From: an uncultured Gammaproteobacteria bacterium
Lineage (GTDB): Bacteria; Patescibacteriota; Microgenomatia; Levybacterales; UBA12049
DNA length: 64,000 nucleotides
Reading direction: 5' to 3'
Assembly: GCA_964503265.1 (NCBI GenBank)
Contig: CAZCYO010000001.1
Span: 162,064-226,063, forward strand
Shown here: one piece after another, positions 10,008-19,881 of the stretch
How positions within the stretch are numbered: position 1 is the first letter of the stretch
Layout: each line of letters begins with the position of its first letter
Position numbers and translations under genes: made by a program
Notes under the pieces: model-generated
What the model saw: the letters and a program-made list of their open reading frames with translations, nothing else
Database searches by the model: none
What the model was told of the DNA's origin: nothing

Positions 10008-11447
10008 ATGAAAGCAGTTTGGGATCTTAAGGCTCAGTTTGAACAGTACAATGGAGAAGAAGTATTTGATTGTCTGGTGGCGGATTTTTTGCTTTCTGAA
10101 GGACGATACATTCCAGACGAAGTAATCGCACTTGATAAATATAAGGTATTTACTCTTGAAGAATTGGCTGAAAAACAACAACAACTTCTTTCAGATCTTC
10201 CATCTCTTCAGAAATTATTTATTGATGTAGAAATGCCGCTGGTTTCTATTCTCTATAAAATGGAGAGGACAGGAATATTACTTGATACTAACCGTCTTAA
10301 AACGTTAGGTGAAGAAATACTCCTTGCGAGTGAGAACCTAGAGGAAGAAATGTTTAAGGAGATGGGAGAAGAAATGAATTTAAATTCTAGTCAACAGGTT
10401 GGGAATTATTTGGTTGAGAAAGCAGGCGTTCCACTTGGAAAAACGACGACGGGCAGATATGCGACGAATGAATTAGAGTTACAGAAATTTGCTGATCAGT
10501 TTCCGATAATCGAAAAATTGTTACTCATTCGAGAACTGAGAAAACTTTACTCAACGTATGTCGAAAGTCTCATCAGTAAAGTAGATGAAAAAGGACGAAT
10601 TCATACGACATATCATCAAACTGCAGTTAGTACGGGGCGTCTTGCTTCTTCAAATCCTAATCTTCAAAATATTCCTGTCAGCTCTGAATATGGAAGACAA
10701 ATAAAATCTTGTTTTATGGCAGAAGAGGGAAAAATACTTCTGTCTTTTGACTATTCACAGCAAGAACTTAGAATTCTTGCACATCTGACAGGTGAGGAAA
10801 AACTAATCTCTGCATTTAATGAACATCGTGATGTGCATAAAACGACTGCGAGTCAGTTGTTTTCAGTGAAGTATGAAGAAGTTACGAAAGAACAGCGACA
10901 GATAGGAAAAACAATTAACTTCGGTATTATTTATGGGATGGGTAGTTATGGAATGAGTGAAGGACTGAATATCACTGTCGATGTCGCACAGAAATTTATT
11001 AATACATTTTATGAAACCTATCCGAAAATTAGAACGTATTATGATACGTATCTAAGTGATGGAAAGAAAAATGATTTCGTCGAAACGATACTGGGTAGAC
11101 GCCGATATGTGCTGCAGTATCCCGGTCAGAAGTTTATAGATAACGGGACAAAACGCGTTCTCATGAATTATCCAATTCAAGGAAGTGCTGCAGACTTGAT
11201 GAAACTCGCGATGGTTGAAGTTAAAAAGCAAATTTTAGATAAATACCCAGAAGTACAACTTCTTCTCCAAATCCATGACGATCTCGTATTTGAAATTCCA
11301 GACGATGAAAAAATGATTACTGAATTAATTCCAAAAATTCGAGATGTTATGTGTACTGTGTATCCTCTATTAGTTCCTGTCGAAATTGATGTGAAGATGG
11401 GGAAACGATGGGGAGAAATGGAATTAGTAAAACCAATTCTTTCATAA
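10008..11447 (+). CDS. polA: DNA polymerase I, family A polymerase domain only (no 5'-nuclease or 3'-5' exonuclease domains)
   Basis: Motif A DYSQQELRILAHL, motif B RQIGKTINFGIIYG, motif C QIHDDLVFE; ORF begins at a position equivalent to the end of the 3'-5' exo domain; 62 bp upstream is a divergent gene. Confidence 0.85.
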   Translation: MKAVWDLKAQFEQYNGEEVFDCLVADFLLSEGRYIPDEVIALDKYKVFTLEELAEKQQQLLSDLPSLQKLFIDVEMPLVSILYKMERTGILLDTNRLKTLGEEILLASENLEEEMFKEMGEEMNLNSSQQVGNYLVEKAGVPLGKTTTGRYATNELELQKFADQFPIIEKLLLIRELRKLYSTYVESLISKVDEKGRIHTTYHQTAVSTGRLASSNPNLQNIPVSSEYGRQIKSCFMAEEGKILLSFDYSQQELRILAHLTGEEKLISAFNEHRDVHKTTASQLFSVKYEEVTKEQRQIGKTINFGIIYGMGSYGMSEGLNITVDVAQKFINTFYETYPKIRTYYDTYLSDGKKNDFVETILGRRRYVLQYPGQKFIDNGTKRVLMNYPIQGSAADLMKLAMVEVKKQILDKYPEVQLLLQIHDDLVFEIPDDEKMITELIPKIRDVMCTVYPLLVPVEIDVKMGKRWGEMELVKPILS

Positions 11448-11500
11448 TTTTCCGCTTCAGGAATTTCTCAAGGTGAAACACGTGATATAATCGTCACTCT

Positions 11501-12562
11501 ATGGAGTTTATCTTTCAAATTGGGTTAGTTTTTCTTCTTGTACTATTAAATGGATATTTCGTCGCTTCAGAATTCGCACTGGTGGCGGTCAGAAAAACTC
11601 GAATTGAAGAACTCGCTCGGAAAGGAAATAAAACAGCGAAAGTTCTAAAGAATGCTCTCAATGAACTAGATACCTATATTTCAGCAACTCAGCTGGGGAT
11701 AACACTTGCTAGTCTGGCACTTGGATGGATAGGTGAGCCAGCTATCGCGCATTTTATAGAACCATTCCTTTCATTTCTCCCGAAATCAACGATGATAATT
11801 AGTGCGCATACAATCTCTGTTATTCTGGCGTTTAGTAGCATTACATTTTTACACATAGTACTCGGAGAGTTGGCGCCAAAATCACTCGCACTACAGAGAT
11901 CAGAATTTGTTTCCCTTATCATCATCACACCGCTTGTTTTTTTTGCAAAAACATTTAGTCCTTTTATTTGGCTACTTAATGAAACAGGAAAATTAGTTCT
12001 AAAACTGTTCGGGCTTCACACTGACACAAAACATCAAACGATTTATTCAGAAGAAGAAGTTCGCATGATACTTCGTCAAAGTAGTGAAGGGGGAGCAATT
12101 CCTGTACGAGAAGTGGAGATGGTTTACAACATTTTCCAATTAGGTGATATTCCAGTCAAGAAAGTAATGGTCCCACGAAGTAAAACACTTGCACTACCAG
12201 TCAATACACCTCTGAAAGACGTCGTTAAAAAAATTGATAAATACCAACATAGTAGATTTCCTGTTTATAAAACGTCGATCGATGTTATCACTGGATTTAT
12301 TCATGTAAAAGATATTTATCGAGCACTTCTTAAATATGGAGGAGACGTAGTGATATCTGAATGTAAAATTACCAGGAAAGTAATTACAATTTCAGAAACA
12401 AAAAAAATAGGAACACTCTTACAAGAAATGAGAAAAAAAAGAGTACATTTAGCAGTTGTAAAAGATGAAAGAAAAAGGACCGTAGGAGTTGTAACATTTG
12501 AAGATATTATTGAAAGTGTCGTTGGAGAGATTGAAGATGAATTTGATGCTCCAGGTGAGTAA
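11501..12562 (+). CDS. CNNM/CorC/TlyC-family membrane protein (DUF21 + tandem CBS + CorC_HlyC)
   Basis: N-terminal DUF21 TM domain (VASEFALVAVRKTRIEEL), CBS pairs, C-terminal transporter-associated domain. Confidence 0.8.
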   Translation: MEFIFQIGLVFLLVLLNGYFVASEFALVAVRKTRIEELARKGNKTAKVLKNALNELDTYISATQLGITLASLALGWIGEPAIAHFIEPFLSFLPKSTMIISAHTISVILAFSSITFLHIVLGELAPKSLALQRSEFVSLIIITPLVFFAKTFSPFIWLLNETGKLVLKLFGLHTDTKHQTIYSEEEVRMILRQSSEGGAIPVREVEMVYNIFQLGDIPVKKVMVPRSKTLALPVNTPLKDVVKKIDKYQHSRFPVYKTSIDVITGFIHVKDIYRALLKYGGDVVISECKITRKVITISETKKIGTLLQEMRKKRVHLAVVKDERKRTVGVVTFEDIIESVVGEIEDEFDAPGE

Positions 12563-12589
12563 CATATATAAAATTGCTATAATAATGCT

Positions 12590-13081
12590 ATGAGTGAACA
12601 ACTAGATCCTAGAGTTCTAAGTATTTTAGAGAAATATAACCTCGAATATAAAGTTTTCGAATGTGATCCAGAACTGGCTGATACCTATGCGTTTTGTAAG
12701 ACTTATGGATTTTCACTTTCGCAATCTGCAAATACTATCATTGTCGCTTCAAGAACTGAACCGACTGTCTATGCATGCTGTGTGGTACTGGCTACAACGA
12801 AACTGGATGTAAATAAAAAAGTTGCAGAGCTTCTGGGAACGAAACGATTATCTTTCGCTACTGCTGAGCAGACGACAGAGATTACAGGAATGATGATAGG
12901 TGGAGTAGTCGCTATCGGTATTGAGAACATGCCGATTTATGTAGACGCAGCAGTATTCGATAATGAAGAAATTGTGATGGGTGGGGGAAACAGATCAACG
13001 AAATTACTTATCAATCCTGAGGAACTCAAGAAACTTCCAAATGTAAAAATAATCGAAGACCTCGCTAAGCTAAAAGAATAA
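12590..13081 (+). CDS. YbaK/ProX-family aminoacyl-tRNA trans-editing deacylase
   Basis: 163 aa, conserved GGxxAIG-like core (MMIGGVVAIGIEN) and K-containing editing pocket region. Confidence 0.7.
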   Translation: MSEQLDPRVLSILEKYNLEYKVFECDPELADTYAFCKTYGFSLSQSANTIIVASRTEPTVYACCVVLATTKLDVNKKVAELLGTKRLSFATAEQTTEITGMMIGGVVAIGIENMPIYVDAAVFDNEEIVMGGGNRSTKLLINPEELKKLPNVKIIEDLAKLKE

Positions 13082-13082
13082 T

Positions 13083-13631
13083 ATGCCTACTATTCCAAAA
13101 ACAGTCTCATCAAGATCTTTATATAAAAATAACTTTTTAGAAATAAAAGTTGATAAACTTGAAATGAATGGAAATGAGTGGGAATATGCATATTTCATTA
13201 AACCAAACAAAAATTCTGTCGGAGTATTGGCAGTTGACGATGCCGGGATCTATTTAGTACAACAATATCGATATCCTTGTCAGGATTTCTTTTGGCAGAT
13301 TCCAGGAGGAATGATAGATGACGGATTAACTGAACTCGATACCGCTAAGAAAGAGCTTATTGAAGAAACGGGGATTACTGCTGAAAAGTTAACGTTAATT
13401 GGCACTGTCGTCGCAGAACCGGGTATGAGTGGACAGAAAACTTTTATATATGTTGGAGAGGGATTAACACTTGGTGAGAAGCATTTAGATATTACTGAAA
13501 TAGGTATGCGGCTAAAACATTTTACCTTTGAAGAAGTTGATGAAAGTATTAAAAACGGAACGATAACCTGCGGATTTACCCTAAGTGCATTGTTGTTATT
13601 TAAAACGAATTATACGAATATAAGTATATGA
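13083..13631 (+). CDS. NUDIX hydrolase (ADP-ribose pyrophosphatase-like)
   Basis: Nudix box GGMIDDGLTELDTAKKELIEETGI (GX5EX7REUXEEXGU pattern). Confidence 0.75.
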   Translation: MPTIPKTVSSRSLYKNNFLEIKVDKLEMNGNEWEYAYFIKPNKNSVGVLAVDDAGIYLVQQYRYPCQDFFWQIPGGMIDDGLTELDTAKKELIEETGITAEKLTLIGTVVAEPGMSGQKTFIYVGEGLTLGEKHLDITEIGMRLKHFTFEEVDESIKNGTITCGFTLSALLLFKTNYTNISI

Positions 13632-14302
13632 CAGAAATTATCGGACAATATCCTCCACTTTCTCCAGACCTCGCAAGACAAGATCCTGAAACTTTTAAAG
13701 ATTCTCTTCTAAACTCACTAGAAATTGAACATCCTGTGGCAAGGACAGCATGGGAAAGATCAGTTGAACGAGGTGATGTTTCATTAAAGAGACTCCGAGT
13801 AGATCCAAATTCTTGGATAGGGATATATCGCCACTCAGAGCGTACAATCACATTAGGTGTTCAACCATTACCTGACAATATAAAAGAGCAGGTCTTATTT
13901 GATCATCAGACTTTTGACTATAAAAAACAGGTTATATATCGGCTTTCCCATGAAGCTGCCCACCCAGTAATATTTGCAATGGGAGACACTATTCCTGAAG
14001 TAAATCAAATTTATTCTGCTTTAACTGCTCAAAGAGCGGCTACGGGACGAGGGCTTTCTGGACTAGGCAGTTTGGCTATTTACAGGAATGAAGGTCCTGA
14101 GGTACAAGCTTTGGAAGATCTGACTGAATTAGTGAATATGTATATGTTAGATCCTAGAAAATTTACTCGATATCTTAATTTTCTCCAGAATCCTTTATTT
14201 GCAGCTGTAAGAGATAGATTAGATATATCCGAATTAGACAATGATACAAGAAAGGTATTAGCAGATACTGTTACAAGAATAGTTAGTGCTAGTATATTCT
14301 GA
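13628..14302 (+). CDS. hypothetical protein with HExxH-like motif (SHEAAH)
   Basis: 224-aa ORF translationally coupled to upstream gene; possible zinc metallohydrolase motif only. Confidence 0.45.
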   Translation: MTEIIGQYPPLSPDLARQDPETFKDSLLNSLEIEHPVARTAWERSVERGDVSLKRLRVDPNSWIGIYRHSERTITLGVQPLPDNIKEQVLFDHQTFDYKKQVIYRLSHEAAHPVIFAMGDTIPEVNQIYSALTAQRAATGRGLSGLGSLAIYRNEGPEVQALEDLTELVNMYMLDPRKFTRYLNFLQNPLFAAVRDRLDISELDNDTRKVLADTVTRIVSASIF

Positions 14303-14325
14303 ACAAGAGTATAATCTTTCTAAAA

Positions 14326-14799
14326 ATGGATGAACACAAAAAATATTTACAGCTGTCTGTTGAACTTGCTAAACTATCAATGGAAAGAGGGGGATTTCCG
14401 GCTGGAGCGGTTATCGTTAAAGATGGGGAAATAATCGGTGAGGGGATAAGTATCGGAAATATTCTTCATGATCCGACGAGTCATGCTGAAATTGATGCGA
14501 TTCGCAATGCGTGTCAGAAGCTTGGTACGACAGATCTTGCGGGTGCAACTCTTTATGAATCTCTTCAGTCATGTGTTATGTGTCTTTCAGCTGCTAATTG
14601 GGCAGGAGTTAGTAGGATAGTGTATGCAGCTTTGAAAACCACAGATCTGATCGAGAAAGGGTATTATGAGGGGATGACGGTAAATGATGTGGTGAATAAC
14701 GATAATAGTCGGAAGATGGAACTGCTCTATATCCCAGAATTTGAAGAACAAGCTCTCTCTACTGTAGCTATATGGGAACAAAAAATCGGCATTAAATAA
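14326..14799 (+). CDS. CMP/dCMP-type zinc deaminase (tRNA adenosine deaminase TadA / guanine deaminase-like)
   Basis: H(A)E zinc motif HAEIDAI and PCxxC motif SCVMCLSA. Confidence 0.8.
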   Translation: MDEHKKYLQLSVELAKLSMERGGFPAGAVIVKDGEIIGEGISIGNILHDPTSHAEIDAIRNACQKLGTTDLAGATLYESLQSCVMCLSAANWAGVSRIVYAALKTTDLIEKGYYEGMTVNDVVNNDNSRKMELLYIPEFEEQALSTVAIWEQKIGIK

Positions 14800-14836
14800 T
14801 ACCCCATAATAATTATTTTTGTGATACAATCTGTTC

Positions 14837-15139
14837 GTGGGAAAAAATGGTAAAGAATTAAATAATCAGCCTTATTCTTCTGAATCTGAAGGGCAAACAG
14901 AAAATAGAGGAAATGGCGCAAAGGGCCCGTCACGGTTTTTATATCAACGATGGGAAAATCCCGATGCACAATTTACGCCTATTGAACAGCAATCAGTGGC
15001 TGAGCGTCTTCAAAATGGAGCGAAAAATACTTCAGAGATTCCTCGAGTTTCTTCAGGCGATTCACAAAGGATGTTACAAGAACTTCTCAGAGAAAGAATT
15101 ACTCGTTTTGGGCAATCATACGATGATTCTGATGAATAA
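14837..15139 (+). CDS. small hydrophilic hypothetical protein (100 aa)
   Basis: ORF with TGtGATACAAT-like promoter ~20 nt upstream; low-complexity sequence, weak support. Confidence 0.25.
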   Translation: MGKNGKELNNQPYSSESEGQTENRGNGAKGPSRFLYQRWENPDAQFTPIEQQSVAERLQNGAKNTSEIPRVSSGDSQRMLQELLRERITRFGQSYDDSDE

Positions 15140-15193
15140 CGATAGATTCTGCTAGAAATCTTCATTTTTGCATGCTAAGATAGGTCACTACCT

Positions 15194-15853
15194 ATGCCCG
15201 ATACGATTATTACTCGTTCTCTTCGTAAAACTATTTCAATGCATGTTCTGCCGGATGGAACACTTGAAGTCAAAGCTCCAAAGCTCATGCCGATGTTGTT
15301 TATTAATCGATTTATTAATTCACATATGGACTGGGTAGAGAAGCAACGAGAAAAAGTACATGCTCGTCCTAAAATATCAAAACGAGAATATGTGCACGGA
15401 GAAGAGTTCTTATATTTAGGAAAATTATATAAACTTGATATTGGGAAATATTCTGAAATTGCTATTACTGGTGATACACTGCAGTTCCCCATAGGACTCA
15501 AATTTCGTACACAGAAAGAACTATCAGATTGGTATATCAAAAAAGCAAAAGAAGTAATCACAGATAGACTTGAAAAAAATGCTGAGGAGATGGAAGTTAC
15601 GTATACAGATATGTATGTATCTGACACGAGTTCAAAGTGGGGGTCATGTTCTCATGATAATCGATTACAGTTTAACTGGAGACTTATTATGGCTCCGATG
15701 CTGGTACTCAATTATGTCATTGTCCATGAACTATCCCACACAATTCATAAAAATCATTCGAGATCCTTCTGGAATAAAGTTCGCTCGATGAACCCATCAT
15801 ACAGTCAGCAAATAAAGTGGTTAAAGGAAAACGGACATACGCTGATTGTTTAG
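15194..15853 (+). CDS. YgjP-like M48-family metallohydrolase (DUF45, UTP pyrophosphatase-like)
   Basis: Signature WGSCSHDNRLQFNWRL...YVIVHELSHTIHKNHS. Confidence 0.8.
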   Translation: MPDTIITRSLRKTISMHVLPDGTLEVKAPKLMPMLFINRFINSHMDWVEKQREKVHARPKISKREYVHGEEFLYLGKLYKLDIGKYSEIAITGDTLQFPIGLKFRTQKELSDWYIKKAKEVITDRLEKNAEEMEVTYTDMYVSDTSSKWGSCSHDNRLQFNWRLIMAPMLVLNYVIVHELSHTIHKNHSRSFWNKVRSMNPSYSQQIKWLKENGHTLIV

Positions 15854-16612
15854 TTACTTATTATGCTTATAGTAGTGATACGTTACAATTGATGCAATTA
15901 TGAAAATAGCAATCAGTTCTAGTAGTGGTTTGAGATAGTAACCAACTTCTGAAAGATGACCTGTAAATAATGCACCAACCATATAAAAGCTCAGAAGAGC
16001 TGGAAAAATAAAAATAAATTGAATCGCAGTATCTTCATCAAGTCCAATGAGGCGTATCAGATATCCTATTTCATGGTTTGGTAATTGAATAGTTCGATAC
16101 ACCTCACAGTTAGATGCTGTTTGTGCTTCTTTATTAAAAATATGACAGTGACCAGTTAACATTCTCAGCCATAGAGGGACTGAAATCCATTTTTTATCAG
16201 TGGTTGATGAAATATCTACATATTTACCCTCCCAACCAATCATAGCGAGAGATGTAGGTGTTTCTTTAACAAAGAAGAGATCTGTAGGCCATCCATATTC
16301 TCCATATTCATCTTTCGACAAAAAATCTTCCTCTTTTACTGTGATGGCCATTCGATAAATGATTTCTTTTTCACATTGTTGTTTGACTGTCTGAGGAGTA
16401 GCGGATATACATCGTTTTGCATCGGTAAAAAGATGTTGGAAAATTTCAGTTGTAAGATCAGATCTATGCTTCGTGATATATTTTTCTGTTGGCTGAATAT
16501 AGAAATCGCGTTCCTGCTGTAGAGAATAAGACCATTCATGTAACGAGAGGAAAATATATCCAATAAGTACAACTAAAAAAAATATACCGATTGATTTAAG
16601 CTTATGCTTCAT
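15854..16612 (-). CDS. hypothetical membrane-anchored protein
   Basis: N-terminal TM (IGIFFLVVLIGYIFL) and C-terminal TM segments; no motif. Confidence 0.45.
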   Translation of the reverse strand: MKHKLKSIGIFFLVVLIGYIFLSLHEWSYSLQQERDFYIQPTEKYITKHRSDLTTEIFQHLFTDAKRCISATPQTVKQQCEKEIIYRMAITVKEEDFLSKDEYGEYGWPTDLFFVKETPTSLAMIGWEGKYVDISSTTDKKWISVPLWLRMLTGHCHIFNKEAQTASNCEVYRTIQLPNHEIGYLIRLIGLDEDTAIQFIFIFPALLSFYMVGALFTGHLSEVGYYLKPLLELIAIFIIASIVTYHYYKHNK

Positions 16613-16674
16613 GTGAATCTTAAGTATACTACATGACTATTAATTTGATTTCTGACACAGTATACTAAATAGAC

Positions 16675-18015
16675 ATGAAGCAAATTGCATTTTTAGGTGC
16701 CTCGGGTGAAGTGACTGGATCCTCATATATTTTGACAGGTGCTGATGACACAAAGATTATGATTGACTTTGGGATGTTTCAAGGATCTGAGGATGTGGTC
16801 GCACTTAATTATCAAAAACTCTCTTTTAAGTCATCTGAGTTAAAAGGAGTACTTTTGACTCATGCACATTTAGATCACTGTGGGAGGCTACCGCTTCTGG
16901 TATTTGGTGGATATTTCGGGAAAATCTATATGACTGCGCCTACTCGATCTCTCGTCGAAGTGATTCTCACTGATGCTGCAAAAGTAGCGAAGATGGATTT
17001 AGAACATACCCCACTATATACACAGGATGAAGTCGATAAAGTACTTGAAATGATTGAGGTTATTGAATACGATACAGTCTTTTCGATTGGAAACTTTCAG
17101 ATAACATATAGGGATGCTGGACATATTTTAGGATCAGCAAGCATTGAGATTCTTGATGCCACAGATGAAAAACGGATAGTTTTTAGTGGGGATCTCGGAA
17201 ACTTCCCAGAGGATATCGTGAAATCTACGAAATTTATCGAAGCAGCTGACTATGTGGTTATGGAGTCGACATATGGTGATTCGTCTCATCCTGGGGAGGA
17301 CGTATCAAAAACTATTCAGGAAGAAATAAATGAAATTGAAGCGCATGGGGGAGTGCTTCTCATTCCGGCATTTTCAATTGAACGAACGCAGGAAATCCTC
17401 CATAGAATGAATCATCTGAAAAAAGATGGAAAAATAAAAGCAGAGACACCTGTCTTTTTAGATAGTCCCATGGGAATTCATGCGACGATAATTTTTAAAG
17501 ATTTCAAACAGTTTTATAATGATGAGCTTCATACACATTCAGATGATCCGTTTGGATTTGAAGGTCTGGTTATCACTGAAGAGGCAAGAGATAGTAAGGA
17601 AATTATCAAAGCAATGGATCCGAAAGTGATCGTTGCAGGCTCTGGAATGCTTTCTGGTGGGCGAATTCTTCATCATGCTAGCAATTACCTTCCTCTTCCA
17701 AATACCAGAGTATTATTTGTCGGATATCAATCCGAGGAAACCAATGGTAGGCGTATAATAGAAGGTGCTAAAAGTGTGGTAATTAATGAAAAAACAGTAA
17801 GAGTGAAAGCGCATATAAGAGAAATAAAATCAATGAGTTCTCATGCTGATCAACCAAAACTATTAGAATGGCTGGGGCATATAAAGGGAGTAACAAAAGT
17901 GTTCTTAATTCATGGGGATTCAGATCAACGAAATACCCTACGTCAAGTTATTAAAGAAAAACTACAAATTACAGAAATCTTTATCCCCCAAAACGGACAA
18001 GAAATGTCTCTCTAG
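16675..18015 (+). CDS. MBL-fold beta-CASP family ribonuclease (CPSF/Ysh1-like, COG1236)
   Basis: HxHxDH motif HAHLDHCGRLP, beta-CASP region and C-terminal RNA-metabolising MBL motif (SSHADQ). Confidence 0.8.
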   Translation: MKQIAFLGASGEVTGSSYILTGADDTKIMIDFGMFQGSEDVVALNYQKLSFKSSELKGVLLTHAHLDHCGRLPLLVFGGYFGKIYMTAPTRSLVEVILTDAAKVAKMDLEHTPLYTQDEVDKVLEMIEVIEYDTVFSIGNFQITYRDAGHILGSASIEILDATDEKRIVFSGDLGNFPEDIVKSTKFIEAADYVVMESTYGDSSHPGEDVSKTIQEEINEIEAHGGVLLIPAFSIERTQEILHRMNHLKKDGKIKAETPVFLDSPMGIHATIIFKDFKQFYNDELHTHSDDPFGFEGLVITEEARDSKEIIKAMDPKVIVAGSGMLSGGRILHHASNYLPLPNTRVLFVGYQSEETNGRRIIEGAKSVVINEKTVRVKAHIREIKSMSSHADQPKLLEWLGHIKGVTKVFLIHGDSDQRNTLRQVIKEKLQITEIFIPQNGQEMSL

Positions 18016-18027
18016 AAATTACAAGCT

Positions 18028-18414
18028 ATGCGAACTGTTCATAAGCAAAAAATAACCCCTCGATATACAAAAGATAATGGAGCTTTTGTGTTAGATACTC
18101 AGTCACTTGCTTTTCCTGATTCATTTCACATGTTCGAACAATCAATCGTCTATATCCCATCTAATCAAACTGCGGGTAATCATAAACACCCGCGTTCAGA
18201 AGTGTTTATAGGAATAGGGACTGAGCTGTTTTTTTATTGGCAAGATGAATTTGGAACCGTTCATTCAGAAATCATGCAAGACGAATATCTTTATTTGATT
18301 TATGTTCCATCTCTTATCCCACATGCAATTGAAAATAAATCATCCTCATTTGCGATTCTCTATGAATATGCAGATGCAGCGCAAACTAATGTCGAAAAGA
18401 TTGCAATTATTTAA
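18028..18414 (+). CDS. hypothetical small protein (possible cupin-like)
   Basis: 128-aa ORF followed by a clear intrinsic terminator. Confidence 0.4.
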   Translation: MRTVHKQKITPRYTKDNGAFVLDTQSLAFPDSFHMFEQSIVYIPSNQTAGNHKHPRSEVFIGIGTELFFYWQDEFGTVHSEIMQDEYLYLIYVPSLIPHAIENKSSSFAILYEYADAAQTNVEKIAII

Positions 18415-18449
18415 TGCATATAATCACGTTTAAAATTCTTATATAAAAT

Positions 18450-18481
18450 AATACCTGCAGTGAGCAGGTATTATTTGGTTT
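18450..18481 (+). terminator. Rho-independent terminator (9-bp stem aatacctgc/gcaggtatt, loop agtga, then ATTTGGTTT)
   Basis: Perfect inverted repeat followed by T-rich tract directly after the 18028..18414 ORF. Confidence 0.6.
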
Positions 18482-18622
18482 AGTATGTATGACGTGTAAT
18501 GCTTACCAGCACCACCAAGACATCCAGGGTATAACCTGAACGACGTGCCATACATAATGGCAGCATGCATTTAACATACTATCAGTTAATCTAACTCAAC
18601 AATTTTTGTCAATATAGGATAA

Positions 18623-19204
18623 TTGCTGGGAATATGCATGGAAACTTTGTATAATCCTTTCATGGATAAAAAATCATTTTCTCAATACTACCAGAACGCA
18701 CTACGTCATCAAAAAGAACATGCATGTACTGGGGTGCCGTATGAGTATGGAGATGTTCTCTCTACACTTATTTCGGCTGTTAACGCGATGCAAATATTAG
18801 AGGTGGGGACGGGTACTGGCTATACTACTGCTTGTATTCTATCGGGAAACAGACTCGCTCATGTTGAAACCATTGACCATGATTTAGCCCATATAGAACT
18901 TGCTAGAAAAATGTGGCGAACACTTGGAATATCAGAGCACGTTACTGTTCATACTGGACTTGCTGAAGAGGTGCTCCCAGAGATAGATGATGTATTTGAT
19001 GTGATTTTCTTTGATGCGAATACACCACAGAAGAAATTTATTACTCATTTTGAGAGATTACTTAGAAGTGGCGGGCTTTTAATTACAACAAATCTATTTC
19101 TTAAAGATGTAAAAGGAGGAAAATATTTACTCGAAATACAACATGAAAAAAAATGGAAAACAGCTGTCTTTGCCGATACTGCGTTATCTGTTAAAGTAGG
19201 CTAG
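18623..19204 (+). CDS. class I SAM-dependent O-methyltransferase (caffeoyl-CoA OMT-like)
   Basis: Motif I ILEVGTGTGYTTACIL, acidic residue after beta-2 (ETIDHD), DVIFFDA. Confidence 0.7.
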   Translation: MLGICMETLYNPFMDKKSFSQYYQNALRHQKEHACTGVPYEYGDVLSTLISAVNAMQILEVGTGTGYTTACILSGNRLAHVETIDHDLAHIELARKMWRTLGISEHVTVHTGLAEEVLPEIDDVFDVIFFDANTPQKKFITHFERLLRSGGLLITTNLFLKDVKGGKYLLEIQHEKKWKTAVFADTALSVKVG

Positions 19205-19206
19205 CT

Positions 19207-19881
19207 ATGGAATTTACATCACTCACGGTTAATGAAGTGCGAAATGAGACACAGGAGTATCGTTCTATAATTTTTCAAAAGCCGAAAGATTTTAGTTTTA
19301 CTCTTGGAGAATGTTTTTCTCTTCGATTTCCAGGTGAAGATAGTTCTAAAGTTTTTTCATTTGCTTCCTCTCCCACAGAAGACCGAATAGTAATCTCATA
19401 TAAGAAGGGGATAAGTCGTTTTAAGAAACAACTTGATAATCTTCATACTGGCGATCAGATGGAAGTATCATTATATGGAAGTCAATTTCACTTTGATGAA
19501 AAGAAATCATCGGTTTTTATTGCAGGTGGAATAGGAATTACAGCTTTTAGAAGCATTATTTCCTACTGTGTTGATAAAAACATTCGTTCTCCGATTCACT
19601 TATTGTTTTGCAATAGAACAGATACGTTTCCTTTTCACGATGATCTTACTTATTTTTTAACAAAACTGCCTCATTTACGTATTACATTTATTTCGACTGA
19701 TAAAGAAGGAAGATTAACTACAGAAGAAATAAAAAAAGTTATTACTAGTTATAATGAGGAATTCTATTTAGCTGGCCCTCCACTTATGATTGATTCAACT
19801 GTCGAATTATTACAGTCGTGTGGTATTAATTCAAATCAAATACACACTGAAAGTTTTGACGGGTATTTTGAAGAAGTTTAA
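19207..19881 (+). CDS. FNR-family FAD/NAD(P)-binding oxidoreductase
   Basis: RxYS-like FAD motif (KVFSFASSP) and NAD-binding GGIGITAF. Confidence 0.55.
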   Translation: MEFTSLTVNEVRNETQEYRSIIFQKPKDFSFTLGECFSLRFPGEDSSKVFSFASSPTEDRIVISYKKGISRFKKQLDNLHTGDQMEVSLYGSQFHFDEKKSSVFIAGGIGITAFRSIISYCVDKNIRSPIHLLFCNRTDTFPFHDDLTYFLTKLPHLRITFISTDKEGRLTTEEIKKVITSYNEEFYLAGPPLMIDSTVELLQSCGINSNQIHTESFDGYFEEV

